The position numbers were made by a program, and so were the translations under genes. This document shows positions 27,685-38,492 of a DNA stretch of 64,000 bases, in pieces. Source of the stretch: a virus; IMG/VR virus record IMGVR_UViG_3300030060_002972, positions 19,748 to 83,747 of that record, one strand, 5' to 3'. The notes under the pieces are model-generated. The model worked only from the letters and a program-made list of their open reading frames with translations. It searched no databases and was not told the DNA's origin. Every line of letters starts with the position of its first letter. Position 1 is the stretch's first letter.

Positions 27685-28962
27685 ATGGCTAGTAGAAGTA
27701 AATCAAGAAGTAAACAAGAATCTGTACAAGGACCAAGTACAACGCAAACTATAGCAGCTAATGCAATATTAGAATCATTAATGCCAGGTAGTACACAAGC
27801 AGGCACAGGATATGTGCAACAACCTGTTCAACAAATGCAAACACAAACAGGTTTACCTTACGAAGGTCCTGGAGGAACACCACAGGGACAAGCAGTGGGT
27901 TCTAGAGCAACAGATGCTAGTAAAGAAGGTTATGGAGTAAAACAAGGACGAGATATCATGTCACAATTTTTAAGTACAGTTCCCGCATATTCATCATCAT
28001 TACCTGGAGACAGTAATCGTATGGTAACACAAAGTCCTACAGGTTTAGAAGCTGGGCAAGAAGCGTTAAAATTATTACCTGATTTTGATGACGCTGCTTA
28101 TGTAGATTTTTTTGAAAAATACGATTCAGGTACATTGTCAGAGTCTTCTAATCAAGTTGTAACAAATATTCTGGATATTGTAAATAATCCAGTGGCTGCA
28201 AGCCAAGAACAAATGGCAGAGATATACAGAGTATCTAATATGGAAGAAGCACTAAGTGTGCCAGAACCCCCAGTGTTAACAGAAGTTGTTGGACAGATTG
28301 TAGAAAATTTACCAACACCAATGACTAATTTTATGAATAACATTTTTATTGCAGGAACCCAAGAGGCAATGGAAGCAGAGATAGAAAACTTAAGTCAAAA
28401 ATTACTTGATTTTGGTAATGAAACCGCAAGTGATTTTATGGATGCTACATTAGGTAGAGTTGCTGCACAAACTGGTGGTGCAATGTCTGGAGCAGCTTTA
28501 GCGGCTATACAAGAGGGCGTAGTAGATATTGCCAAAGGTGTTAATACACAAATAGCCCAAGCAAGATTAAGTGCTATGGGTACTTTACTGCAAGCTAGAG
28601 AACAAGGTATAAGTTTAATTACACAGCTATTAGATGACGGTCAACAACAACAAGCTATGGAGTTAAGTAGAGGTATTAAAGATGTAGAGTTAGCTTTGGC
28701 TACACAACAAAGTAAATTAAATGCCCATACACAAATGCAGATGCAAATGAATCAATCACTACAAAATATACTACCAATTATTGTAGATGAAGAAAGACAA
28801 GTAGAAGCAAACAAAGAAAGAACACAACAATTTATTTATAACTTAATGGCACAACTAGCTACAGCTGGTCCATCGTCTAGTTACAGTTATGGTAAATCAA
28901 GGTCATCATCATTTAGTCTAGGTGGTCAAGTAGGAATTACTTACGCTATGGGTCCAAAATAA
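27685..28962 (+). CDS. Putative ejection/internal virion protein
   Basis: Q/A/M-rich helical protein following the GNAT gene, as in podoviruses. Confidence 0.5.
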   Translation: MASRSKSRSKQESVQGPSTTQTIAANAILESLMPGSTQAGTGYVQQPVQQMQTQTGLPYEGPGGTPQGQAVGSRATDASKEGYGVKQGRDIMSQFLSTVPAYSSSLPGDSNRMVTQSPTGLEAGQEALKLLPDFDDAAYVDFFEKYDSGTLSESSNQVVTNILDIVNNPVAASQEQMAEIYRVSNMEEALSVPEPPVLTEVVGQIVENLPTPMTNFMNNIFIAGTQEAMEAEIENLSQKLLDFGNETASDFMDATLGRVAAQTGGAMSGAALAAIQEGVVDIAKGVNTQIAQARLSAMGTLLQAREQGISLITQLLDDGQQQQAMELSRGIKDVELALATQQSKLNAHTQMQMQMNQSLQNILPIIVDEERQVEANKERTQQFIYNLMAQLATAGPSSSYSYGKSRSSSFSLGGQVGITYAMGPK

Positions 28963-28977
28963 AATTAGGAGAATAAT

Positions 28978-31188
28978 ATGGGAAGATTAACAGGTATAAA
29001 TTTAGGTCCACTTTCAATTAAATTTGATAGAGACAAAACAGCACAGCGTAAAAGTGATAGATTCAAAGCGCAAGATATTGTATCCAAACTTACTAGGGAT
29101 GCATTAAAAGGTGTTAATACTGATAGTACCAATAATATAATACGTAAAGGTATTGCAGATTTAGAATCAGGTAGTGATAAAATTATTAATAGTAAAAGAG
29201 ATTTGGGTACAAGTACCCTAACTACTAGTGGATTAGAAGGTGCTAATATTAAAGGTAGCACTACTTTAAGTGATGATGTTTTAACTCAAGCCAAAGAAGA
29301 CTCTGGAGGTTTTGTAGACGAAGCATCTAAGTTAGCCGTAGAAACTCACATAAAAAAATTAACTGATTTTAATAAAAATATTACTGAAAAAGAAAGAGTA
29401 GTAGCAGAAAATATAGACAATGTTATAAATCACCCGTCTGTAGGCGGCAGTGTTAAAACAATATTAGGCAATGAAAATATTACTGATACACAAAAAGTAG
29501 ATTACATATATGGATTAATAAATGATTTAGCATCTATTAAACCACAGAGTGAGAGAAGTAAAACTAGATTACAAGAAGCAGATAAAGCCTTAAATACCAC
29601 GTTAAAAAATAAAACTGTTCAAGATACATTTTTAGCGTTTAAACCAGCTGCAGGTGGTGGTTTCCAATTTGAAGCAAGTGATGGTTCTGCTATTACTTTC
29701 GGTAGTGATGAAAGGACGCCTTTACCTGGCATAGGTATGGGTGCCTATACTCCAGATGTAGCAGCTAGTCATACTTATATTGATAACAAAAGTTTGAAGT
29801 TAGATGAAGATTATCATTTTTTGGATAACACTGTTAGAGTTGCAGTGCCTGGCGACCCTACTGTAATAGAAACTAAAGATGACGGTACTCAAATAACATC
29901 ATCAGTAGAAGATTATATAGATTTTGATGGTCTAACATATAGTGCGTTATATCCTAAATATTTACGTACTAAATATGATGACAATTATACTGTAGAAGAT
30001 TTTAATAATGATGTTAGTCAATATATGAAAAGTCAAATTTTTGGCGGGTCTAGTGCAGATTATGATGACGAGTTAGCTAATACTATTGATGAGGCTATCG
30101 GTAACAGTATGGGTCAACAGCTGTATGACCAATTAGCATCTTTTGATGCAAATGCTAAAATAGGAGCATATAATAAATACAAAGAAGACGCTGGTGTAGG
30201 AGGTGGACTTGAAGCCTTAAACCAAATTAGGACAAAAGACGCTGAACGTATTACAGAAGATGCATTTTTCAGAATGTATGAAAAAGAACAAGAAGAAATG
30301 TACCGTGCAGGTTCAACCTATAGCTCGTATATGAAAGAACACAGAGTAGCATCACAAGATAAATTTTTACGTGCAGCATCTAGTCAATTTAGTGGATATA
30401 GACAAAGATTTAATGACATACTTAATAGATACGGAGATGATGACGGTAGTTTACACGACCAGCTTAGCAAAAAACTAGGTTATGACACAGAAGAATATTT
30501 TGAACATTTATTATTAAACGGAGATTTATCACAAATTCAAAACACCTTAATACAAATAGGTAGATTCTTAGAATTAGGTGATAATGAAAATGCTGATATG
30601 ATAAAATATATTATTGGTGATACAACTACATTTGGTAATTTTGTAAAACTTAGAGATAAAATCTACACAGATGATGCAAATACAATAAACCCAAACATAT
30701 CTGGTATGAAAGCCATGTTTGGCAACTTTGCTTCACTAAATAGAAGTCTTAATTTTTCTGGTGACGAAGTAATATTTGAAGATGTTAGACAAGAAATTAA
30801 AGGTGATAAGAAAACTTTGTTAGATGCTTTGTATAAAGAAGTAACTACAAATAGTAAACTAGGTAATTTAATTAGTGCTGTAGAAGAATCTTACACTCAA
30901 TCTGAGGGTAACGCATTTACTATAGGTGGTGCTGATGAGGTAGATGCACAAGATGCAGATGTATTAGCGGGACAAATTGCAGAGATAGATACAGAAACTA
31001 GTGAACTTAACGCTTCTAGTACAGAAGTAGCGTCTGTTGTTAACGCACTGTTACCAGATTTAGCTAGTGCTGGTATAGATGTAGATACATACTTAGAAGC
31101 TTTATTGGAAGATATGAAATATGTTGCAAGAGACAGAGCAAAATTTAAACGAGATATAATTAATCAATTAAACTTTGATTTAGGATAG
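28978..31188 (+). CDS. Putative ejection/internal virion protein
   Basis: 736 aa; middle member of a three-gene size series. Confidence 0.5.
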   Translation: MGRLTGINLGPLSIKFDRDKTAQRKSDRFKAQDIVSKLTRDALKGVNTDSTNNIIRKGIADLESGSDKIINSKRDLGTSTLTTSGLEGANIKGSTTLSDDVLTQAKEDSGGFVDEASKLAVETHIKKLTDFNKNITEKERVVAENIDNVINHPSVGGSVKTILGNENITDTQKVDYIYGLINDLASIKPQSERSKTRLQEADKALNTTLKNKTVQDTFLAFKPAAGGGFQFEASDGSAITFGSDERTPLPGIGMGAYTPDVAASHTYIDNKSLKLDEDYHFLDNTVRVAVPGDPTVIETKDDGTQITSSVEDYIDFDGLTYSALYPKYLRTKYDDNYTVEDFNNDVSQYMKSQIFGGSSADYDDELANTIDEAIGNSMGQQLYDQLASFDANAKIGAYNKYKEDAGVGGGLEALNQIRTKDAERITEDAFFRMYEKEQEEMYRAGSTYSSYMKEHRVASQDKFLRAASSQFSGYRQRFNDILNRYGDDDGSLHDQLSKKLGYDTEEYFEHLLLNGDLSQIQNTLIQIGRFLELGDNENADMIKYIIGDTTTFGNFVKLRDKIYTDDANTINPNISGMKAMFGNFASLNRSLNFSGDEVIFEDVRQEIKGDKKTLLDALYKEVTTNSKLGNLISAVEESYTQSEGNAFTIGGADEVDAQDADVLAGQIAEIDTETSELNASSTEVASVVNALLPDLASAGIDVDTYLEALLEDMKYVARDRAKFKRDIINQLNFDLG

Positions 31189-31195
31189 GTGTTAC

Positions 31196-34100
31196 TTGGG
31201 TATTAAAAAACAGTTAACTATAGACAAACTAAAAAATTACAAGAAGGTTCCTATAGGAGGACAGGATACTATTACTGCTCCTCAAGTAGATTTACAATCT
31301 ATAACACAAAATACTTTTAACAAATTAAATACTCAGAAACAAGAAGAAGAACTTAATACTGATTTAAACTTAGAGATTAACGCTCCTACTATAGTTAAAC
31401 CTGATACATATATTAGTGACAATGAATTAAATGCATCTAGTTTATTTAGTCTAGAAAATTTAGTTGGTAGAGAAAATAGTGATTATATAAATAACGCTAT
31501 AGACGAGTTTTTACCTAACTTTCATATTGACCCTGGAGAAATTATTTATGGGCGTAAAAATTCTTATGAAAATCCTACAGCAGCACAAGCATTTTATAAT
31601 GGTCTTATGCCTGGGCGTGACCGTGACATAGCAGATTTTGCAGAACGTGTAGAGTTTGCCAGAGCAAATGGTATTAATCCACTAGATACTTACATAGATA
31701 GTTTTATGTGGGGTTTAGGTGAAGCATTACAATTTTATGGATACTGGAGAATGTCAGGTGCGTTTGCAAAAAATCTATTAATACCAGCATTAACTCGTAT
31801 AGGTATATTAAGTAAAAGTAAACGTATTGCAGAATTAGGTGAAGGTACAGAAAAAGTTGTAAATAGATTACCTAAAGTATTACAACAAGATGCTAAGAAA
31901 TTTTTAACAGACAATAAATACAGACAACAATTAATAGGAACAATTGGCGTTGAATCAAGTATTGTAACGGCAGTAGAAGACGATATTGTAGACGGCATAT
32001 TGTACACTGTGGGTTATCCAGCTGCATTTAAGTACGGTTTTATTCCTGGATTCAAAGGGTTTATAGATGTTGCCGGTAAAGGGCTAACTAAGGTTGTAGA
32101 TAAAGGTAAAAATTTAGTTATTAAATCTCAAACAGAAGATGATATTCCTAAACCATTAAATAAAATTACATCACTAATACAAAAAGTATTAGATGGCACT
32201 CAAAAAGATGGTATAGAAAACTTGGGTACAAATACCCAAAAAGTTATTAAAGAGCTAGAAAATATTAGTGTTGAAGGACAAAAAAATTTAGGTGATTTAA
32301 TAAAAACATCTGCAGCATTACAAAATGATGTGCAAAAATTATTAAAAGTATTTAACACAAAAGTAGTAGGTATTATCAACAACATTGGTAACACTACAGC
32401 TACAAAAAATATTAAAGCATTACTAGATTCTCCTGACTTAAAAAATGGAGATTTTGAAACACTAATTAAATTTACAAAATTAATTGCTAATGAAAGCAAA
32501 CACGGGCATAAACAAAATAGAAAAAAATTCTTTGTTAGTGTGTTAGATGAAGCAGATGATATGCTAAGTAAGTTTGGTAATAGTGATGTAGCAACTATTG
32601 TAGCACCCGGCAAAATACCTTTAACTAAAGATAATTCAAGAATACTTTATAGTAAAATTAAAACTAAGTTACAAGATTTAGTTGGTCACACAAAAGGACA
32701 AGCTGCGGATGTAGATAGCACATTACGTCAAGCATTAGGTTTTAACACAAGTCAAAGCCCAGACGCTATATTCAAAAACTTATTGCATAAATTACAGGGA
32801 AAATTTGCAAACAAAGTAAATAAAAATTCTCAAACAGATTTAGGGACGTTGTTAAATTTAGCTAAAGAAAACCCTAAAGGCATAACAAAATTAATAGACA
32901 ATATATCAGCTCTTAATGACTACAAAAAATTTATATCAAATGAAACTTTTGATAACCAAAGTAGAAATTGGAAAAAATTAGTATACCACATAAAAAATGT
33001 ACAAGCTGTAACCGGCATGACCGGAGTTAAAAGAAAAATTAATAAAATCTTAGACACCAAAAGAGATTATAACAAGTTGTTTGATGTAGCCGGACGTAAA
33101 ACTAGTGAAGTTAAAATTCAAAAAGGTAAAAAAGGAAAAACAGAAACTGTTACTATTATAGAACAAGAAGATAGATTTGGTTATAAGCAAGACATTGCTA
33201 GAAAACAACGTCTTAGACAAGAGCTAGGCATACCTATTACTCGTTCAGTTAGTCTACGTCAGTTATTAAATCGTTCTCAGAAAGGGTTTACAAGAGAAGA
33301 ATATGATACAGCATTAACTTTATTGAGAAAAGAAATAGAAGAAGCAGGTCTATTGCCACAAGACTTAAGTAAAGAATTAGGTAGACAATTAACTAGACGT
33401 AATAGAATTAAACGTAGTGCATTTAATACAAGAGTAAGAAATGATTTAGCTAGTGATGAAGCATTAGATGAAATAGCACAGCGTTTTGTAGATGATATAC
33501 AAATAAAAGCAGAGATGGCTAAATATGGTATAGACCCTAGTATTGTTAACAGAAGTAGTTTAGACAAATTAACTAAACGTAAAAAACGATTAAGAGAATT
33601 ACATACAGATTTAAACAATCAGTTATTTAAGTCTAATACTAAAATACAAACTCACATCAACAAAATTGGCAGCATTGTAAATAAAATAAGTAACGGTAAA
33701 GAAACTCTGGCTATGTTAAACCCATTCAAAAACATACAAGAAATTAATCAGGGTATTAAATTTGTTAGTAGATACCAACAAGGGCAGTCTCTAGAAGTAG
33801 GTGACGGGTTAGCAAATGCAACTAAAATGTTTGCTGCCATGGAAAAAAATATTTCTAACACTATTAAAAGTGGTGCTCAAAATTCTAACAATTTGAACAA
33901 AGAATTCTTTAGGTTTATGAATGATTACCTAAATGAGAAAAACTTAAATACCCCTGAGTTACGTGACGTACAAGAAGTTATTGCCAGCGTATTAACTAGC
34001 GGGCGAACTACAGCAGAGATTAAAACTAAAGCAAGAACTGGTTTATACAAAACATTAGTAGCTCATGTGTATGATGATTTGCCTGGTATAGGACACATAC

Positions 34101-37100
34101 TGCAAGTTAGGGGTAAAAAAGAAGATGCTCAGTTTATTAAAAAACTAATTAGTGGTACAAAACAAGATAAAATAAAAGGTGCATATGAATTAACTAGACG
34201 AATTTTAACTGATGAACAATTAATGATGGATGTTATAAATAAAAATACACAAACACAAACATTATTTTTGTTAATGAAATCTATAGATAATCCTAAATTA
34301 AAACCTGTAGTAAAACAAATTTTGCAAGCAAACAAAACACAAACATCTGTAGTAGATTTATTACATAACATGGCTAAACAAGAAAACGCTACTAACAAAC
34401 CAAGCGTATCACTTACTAGCACTGGAGATACACGATTAGTTAATGAAGAATTACAAGACGCTACCGGTGGTGAAAGCGGTGTTATAAAACGTGTTTACAA
34501 TTATTTCTTTAAGGAATATCAACAAATAATGAGAGACAGTGGTTTTGAACCAGGTGTAGCTATACAAAAATTAGCATCTAATGCAGAACAATCATACACA
34601 AGAGAAGCTAGTAAAGGCGGATTAATAGAAACTACAGTATTAGAAGTAAAACAAAAATTAAAAAATACACTAGATGAAGTAAATAGTGGGTTAGCACCAG
34701 GCGCTGATAAATATACCAAAGATGATATTGATAATATTTTGGTTCAATTAGATAGATTAGCTAGTGGAGATAATGGTAAAGCAGCTGCAACTAAAATATT
34801 TAATGCGTTGCCAGGACCTGTACAAAGATATGTAGGTGAATATCATTCTACATTACGTAAAGCCTTGGAACGTTTTAATAGCAAAGTAGATGACATAAAT
34901 CTTATGGTAGAAAAAGGTGAAGTGTTTCCTGATACAGGTATAAATGTACCTTGGAAAGACCTTAGTCTAGAACGAGTTGACCCGTTAGATTTTTATTTTC
35001 CTAGATTTAGTAACGTAGAAAAAATGAACATAGAAAGATTTGATGTTTTTGCTACAATTAAATATGCAGACGGACACACTCAACGTGTACGTGTAGTTAA
35101 TGAAGCTGTAGATACCTTAGAAGATGTGCATAGAAAAATTATTGACCATGCAGATGTAGGTTTACCACCAGGAGCCGTATCATTAAATTACAATGTATCA
35201 CCTACACAACCATTGTTACGAAGTATTGACCAATACAATCCTACATCACAAGCACAGCAAGTTGTAGACGACATTGAAAATTTATTTCAAGTTGATTACA
35301 AAACCGTTAAGTCTGCATTAGACAAAGGCGGTTATAATTATCAAACTTTTTATAACGATGCGTTTATTGCTGGTCCAACATTTGCAAAACAAAGAACAGG
35401 TTTTGCTGCTAATTATGACACTGACCATTTAACAGTATTAAATACATATTTAATGAAAGAATCTAGATATAGAAATTTTATTGAACCTGTAATAAAACAT
35501 GACGCATTAAAAAGATACATGAAAGATACTCCGTTAGTAGATAAAAATGGCAACACTATGACAGGCACTATGGATTACGTTAGTCACATAGTAGATAACA
35601 TGTTAGGTAGACCACAACCAGCTACAGTTATGTTTAACAAATTACTACAAGGCATTATTAAAGGTGGCAAGTTATACAAAATACCTGGCATATCTAAGGA
35701 TGCTGATGTTAGAAGTTTCATAGATGCTAACTCTACATTTAACTATTATCTACAGTTTGCAGTAGACATACCAGCATCGTTAATACAAAGCACCATGGCA
35801 GTTACTTCTGTGTTACCGGCAGCGGGTAGGTATGCTTTTAGTATGCAACCTATGAAAGATGCTACAAATTTATTGTTAAGGTCATTAGTAAAAAATGACA
35901 GAGTTGCAAAAAATCCTATATTAAAACGTGTGCATAAAAGTTTCAAAAATAAATTAGATAAATTAGACACACAAACTAAACAAAAATATGATGACTTAGA
36001 ACAAGTATTTGTAGACATGAATCTTGAAATAGATAGTGCTCATGCTGTGCATATGGCAGACCAATATACAGCACAATTTGGTGTTGAAGCTAGTAATTTC
36101 TTAAAACGTAGCTATCACACAATAGGTAATGCTGTGACATATGCATTTAGAAAAGGTGATATTATCCCTAGACGTTTAGCTGCTACTTTAGCCTATGAAA
36201 ATGCCGATGCAGCTTTCAATAATGTTGCTAAAAAATTAAATAAAGCTGAAGTAGATTGGTTAGCTGGACCATTAAACACAGAAAAAGTTAGAAGTTTATT
36301 AAGACAAAAAGGTTTAACATTGAATCCATTGGAAGAAGAAACTATGAAACTTATGGTTAATTCTTCTAACCGTCAATACACTAATACTGGGCGTACTTAT
36401 GCAACTAAGACACAAGGTGCGTTTTACACTAAAGAAAAAGTAGGGATGCAATGGAAATACAAAGCTAACAGAAACTTTAAGAAAGATTTAGCTAAAAATT
36501 TTAGTGAAGAAACTAACCACAAATACAACTCAGCTAACAACACTGGATTTATGAATGAAGGATTGTTAAAAAACTTTAACTTGTACAAAAAATTTGCAGT
36601 AAAAGAATTTAGTAGGTTAGTGGGTTATGGTAAAAAAGGACAATACCCGGCACTAGCTGCTAGTCTGTTAGCGTATCAACAGATTGCAGGAAGTGTAGGA
36701 TTACCTTTTGCAAGAGACTTAAAACAATTATTAGAATGGGCATACTACGGGTCAGAAGTAATAGCTAAACCAAAAACAGAAGCTAATCCAGCTTTATTAG
36801 ATATGGAATCTAACTTAAGAGCCTATGCAGCAGACAGCCCACTAAGAAAATATGCGTTGTTTGGTCTTGCATCTACAGCGGGTATTGATTTAACACAAAG
36901 TGCATCTGTTAATATGGAAGGTTACTTTAGTCCAAGAACACCTATAAATGGATTTGGTGATGTTGTAGGTAATTTAGTGTTAGGAGATACTTATAGACGT
37001 ATGAAATCTATGTTTAATCGTATAGCTAACTTAAAATCACAAGGCAACTTATACGAACTAGGCGGAGAAACTGGATTACAAAAATACATTAGAGGTTTTG

Positions 37101-37648
37101 AGGCTGCGGCACCTTTTATTCCAATGGGTGAACAAGCAGTAGACGCCTTACAAGTAATCAACGGTATGCAACCTAGAGATTATAGTGGACGACTTATGGA
37201 TGTGTATGGTAGACAGGATGAGTTAAGCCAAGGTAACGAAGCTATACTAAAATTATTAGGATTTAATACTATGGATGAGGTATTATATAAACAAACATCT
37301 TCATTAATTAGTGGAAAAACTGGTAAAGAGTTAAGAGAAATAGACAAAATAAAACGAAGACATTTTGTTAATGATGCTTTTGGATTAATTACAGATTACA
37401 TAAATGCAACTAACGAAGGTGAAGTTGATGCAGAAGAAGTTGATGACATTATAGAAGAATTGTCTGAGATTGTCACTTATTTTGGTGGGGATAAACAACT
37501 GTTAAATGCTATGAATTATGCATTTGTGACAAACAATGTGCCTAGAGATATATTAAAATTAAAACGAGGCACAGCTAAACAGAAACAATTAATTATAAAC
37601 AACTTAGATATTTTATTACGCCAAACTAACAAAGGAGGACAAGACTAA
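31196..37648 (+). CDS. Large (2150 aa) putative ejection/internal virion protein
   Basis: Size and position; helical; no RNAP DxDGD motif seen. Confidence 0.55.
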   Translation: MGIKKQLTIDKLKNYKKVPIGGQDTITAPQVDLQSITQNTFNKLNTQKQEEELNTDLNLEINAPTIVKPDTYISDNELNASSLFSLENLVGRENSDYINNAIDEFLPNFHIDPGEIIYGRKNSYENPTAAQAFYNGLMPGRDRDIADFAERVEFARANGINPLDTYIDSFMWGLGEALQFYGYWRMSGAFAKNLLIPALTRIGILSKSKRIAELGEGTEKVVNRLPKVLQQDAKKFLTDNKYRQQLIGTIGVESSIVTAVEDDIVDGILYTVGYPAAFKYGFIPGFKGFIDVAGKGLTKVVDKGKNLVIKSQTEDDIPKPLNKITSLIQKVLDGTQKDGIENLGTNTQKVIKELENISVEGQKNLGDLIKTSAALQNDVQKLLKVFNTKVVGIINNIGNTTATKNIKALLDSPDLKNGDFETLIKFTKLIANESKHGHKQNRKKFFVSVLDEADDMLSKFGNSDVATIVAPGKIPLTKDNSRILYSKIKTKLQDLVGHTKGQAADVDSTLRQALGFNTSQSPDAIFKNLLHKLQGKFANKVNKNSQTDLGTLLNLAKENPKGITKLIDNISALNDYKKFISNETFDNQSRNWKKLVYHIKNVQAVTGMTGVKRKINKILDTKRDYNKLFDVAGRKTSEVKIQKGKKGKTETVTIIEQEDRFGYKQDIARKQRLRQELGIPITRSVSLRQLLNRSQKGFTREEYDTALTLLRKEIEEAGLLPQDLSKELGRQLTRRNRIKRSAFNTRVRNDLASDEALDEIAQRFVDDIQIKAEMAKYGIDPSIVNRSSLDKLTKRKKRLRELHTDLNNQLFKSNTKIQTHINKIGSIVNKISNGKETLAMLNPFKNIQEINQGIKFVSRYQQGQSLEVGDGLANATKMFAAMEKNISNTIKSGAQNSNNLNKEFFRFMNDYLNEKNLNTPELRDVQEVIASVLTSGRTTAEIKTKARTGLYKTLVAHVYDDLPGIGHILQVRGKKEDAQFIKKLISGTKQDKIKGAYELTRRILTDEQLMMDVINKNTQTQTLFLLMKSIDNPKLKPVVKQILQANKTQTSVVDLLHNMAKQENATNKPSVSLTSTGDTRLVNEELQDATGGESGVIKRVYNYFFKEYQQIMRDSGFEPGVAIQKLASNAEQSYTREASKGGLIETTVLEVKQKLKNTLDEVNSGLAPGADKYTKDDIDNILVQLDRLASGDNGKAAATKIFNALPGPVQRYVGEYHSTLRKALERFNSKVDDINLMVEKGEVFPDTGINVPWKDLSLERVDPLDFYFPRFSNVEKMNIERFDVFATIKYADGHTQRVRVVNEAVDTLEDVHRKIIDHADVGLPPGAVSLNYNVSPTQPLLRSIDQYNPTSQAQQVVDDIENLFQVDYKTVKSALDKGGYNYQTFYNDAFIAGPTFAKQRTGFAANYDTDHLTVLNTYLMKESRYRNFIEPVIKHDALKRYMKDTPLVDKNGNTMTGTMDYVSHIVDNMLGRPQPATVMFNKLLQGIIKGGKLYKIPGISKDADVRSFIDANSTFNYYLQFAVDIPASLIQSTMAVTSVLPAAGRYAFSMQPMKDATNLLLRSLVKNDRVAKNPILKRVHKSFKNKLDKLDTQTKQKYDDLEQVFVDMNLEIDSAHAVHMADQYTAQFGVEASNFLKRSYHTIGNAVTYAFRKGDIIPRRLAATLAYENADAAFNNVAKKLNKAEVDWLAGPLNTEKVRSLLRQKGLTLNPLEEETMKLMVNSSNRQYTNTGRTYATKTQGAFYTKEKVGMQWKYKANRNFKKDLAKNFSEETNHKYNSANNTGFMNEGLLKNFNLYKKFAVKEFSRLVGYGKKGQYPALAASLLAYQQIAGSVGLPFARDLKQLLEWAYYGSEVIAKPKTEANPALLDMESNLRAYAADSPLRKYALFGLASTAGIDLTQSASVNMEGYFSPRTPINGFGDVVGNLVLGDTYRRMKSMFNRIANLKSQGNLYELGGETGLQKYIRGFEAAAPFIPMGEQAVDALQVINGMQPRDYSGRLMDVYGRQDELSQGNEAILKLLGFNTMDEVLYKQTSSLISGKTGKELREIDKIKRRHFVNDAFGLITDYINATNEGEVDAEEVDDIIEELSEIVTYFGGDKQLLNAMNYAFVTNNVPRDILKLKRGTAKQKQLIINNLDILLRQTNKGGQD

Positions 37649-37842
37649 TGGAATTAATTTCACAATATGCACCGTGGTTATTAACAGGTGTATTGTCTAT
37701 AGCTGGATATTTGTTCAAAGGTAAATATGCACAACTTAAAGTGTGTGTTAAAACTTTTATTGATATGATAGAAGATGATAAAATTACACCTGAAGAAATG
37801 AAACAGTTTATGACTGAAGCAAAAAAACTTATAGGTAAATAA
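37648..37842 (+). CDS. Small membrane protein
   Basis: One TM segment followed by DDKITPEE. Confidence 0.6.
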   Translation: MELISQYAPWLLTGVLSIAGYLFKGKYAQLKVCVKTFIDMIEDDKITPEEMKQFMTEAKKLIGK

Positions 37843-37844
37843 TT

Positions 37845-38492
37845 ATGCGTGTACATATTTTAATATTATTAACATTATTGTTATTTGGATTAGTAGGTTG
37901 GGTCAAAGTATTTGCTACCGACAACAGCACATCTAACCAAACTAATACGTCTGGTTCAAACACCAGTATTAGTGGTGGGTACACATCTACTACTAACAAT
38001 ACGTACAGTGGTGGGCAAACCAACACGACCACTAACAGTACAACTAATAGTACAAAAAATAGTAAAATACCTGTAGGCACCGCTACTGCACCTAGTATGT
38101 CATCGTACAGTCAAGATTTATGTATTGTAGGCGTATCTGGTGGAGTGCAAGTCACCGGATTTGGGGTATCAGGTGGCACATATGTTACTGACGAGAATTG
38201 TGAACGAATGAAACTATCAAAACTTCTATATGATTTTAATATGCGAGTTGCATCAATCGCAATTCTCTGTCAGGACGATAGAGTATTTTCTGCTATGGAA
38301 CACGCAGGCACACCTTGCCCGTTTGAAGGTAAGATAGGAAAAGATGCAGAAGACCAATGGAAAAAATATGACGTAGAAAGACCTGACTACGACAAATATG
38401 TACAAAAATTAAAACGAAGAGCGGCTATAGACAAAGAAACAGAATTTGTACCTATAGACACGGAGTATGATTTATATGGAGACGATGATTAA
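37845..38492 (+). CDS. Secreted/membrane protein with Ser/Thr/Asn-rich linker and Cys-containing domain
   Basis: Signal-like N-terminus; TATAPS...DLC...DENCER...LCQD..VF..M...GTPCP. Confidence 0.7.
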   Translation: MRVHILILLTLLLFGLVGWVKVFATDNSTSNQTNTSGSNTSISGGYTSTTNNTYSGGQTNTTTNSTTNSTKNSKIPVGTATAPSMSSYSQDLCIVGVSGGVQVTGFGVSGGTYVTDENCERMKLSKLLYDFNMRVASIAILCQDDRVFSAMEHAGTPCPFEGKIGKDAEDQWKKYDVERPDYDKYVQKLKRRAAIDKETEFVPIDTEYDLYGDDD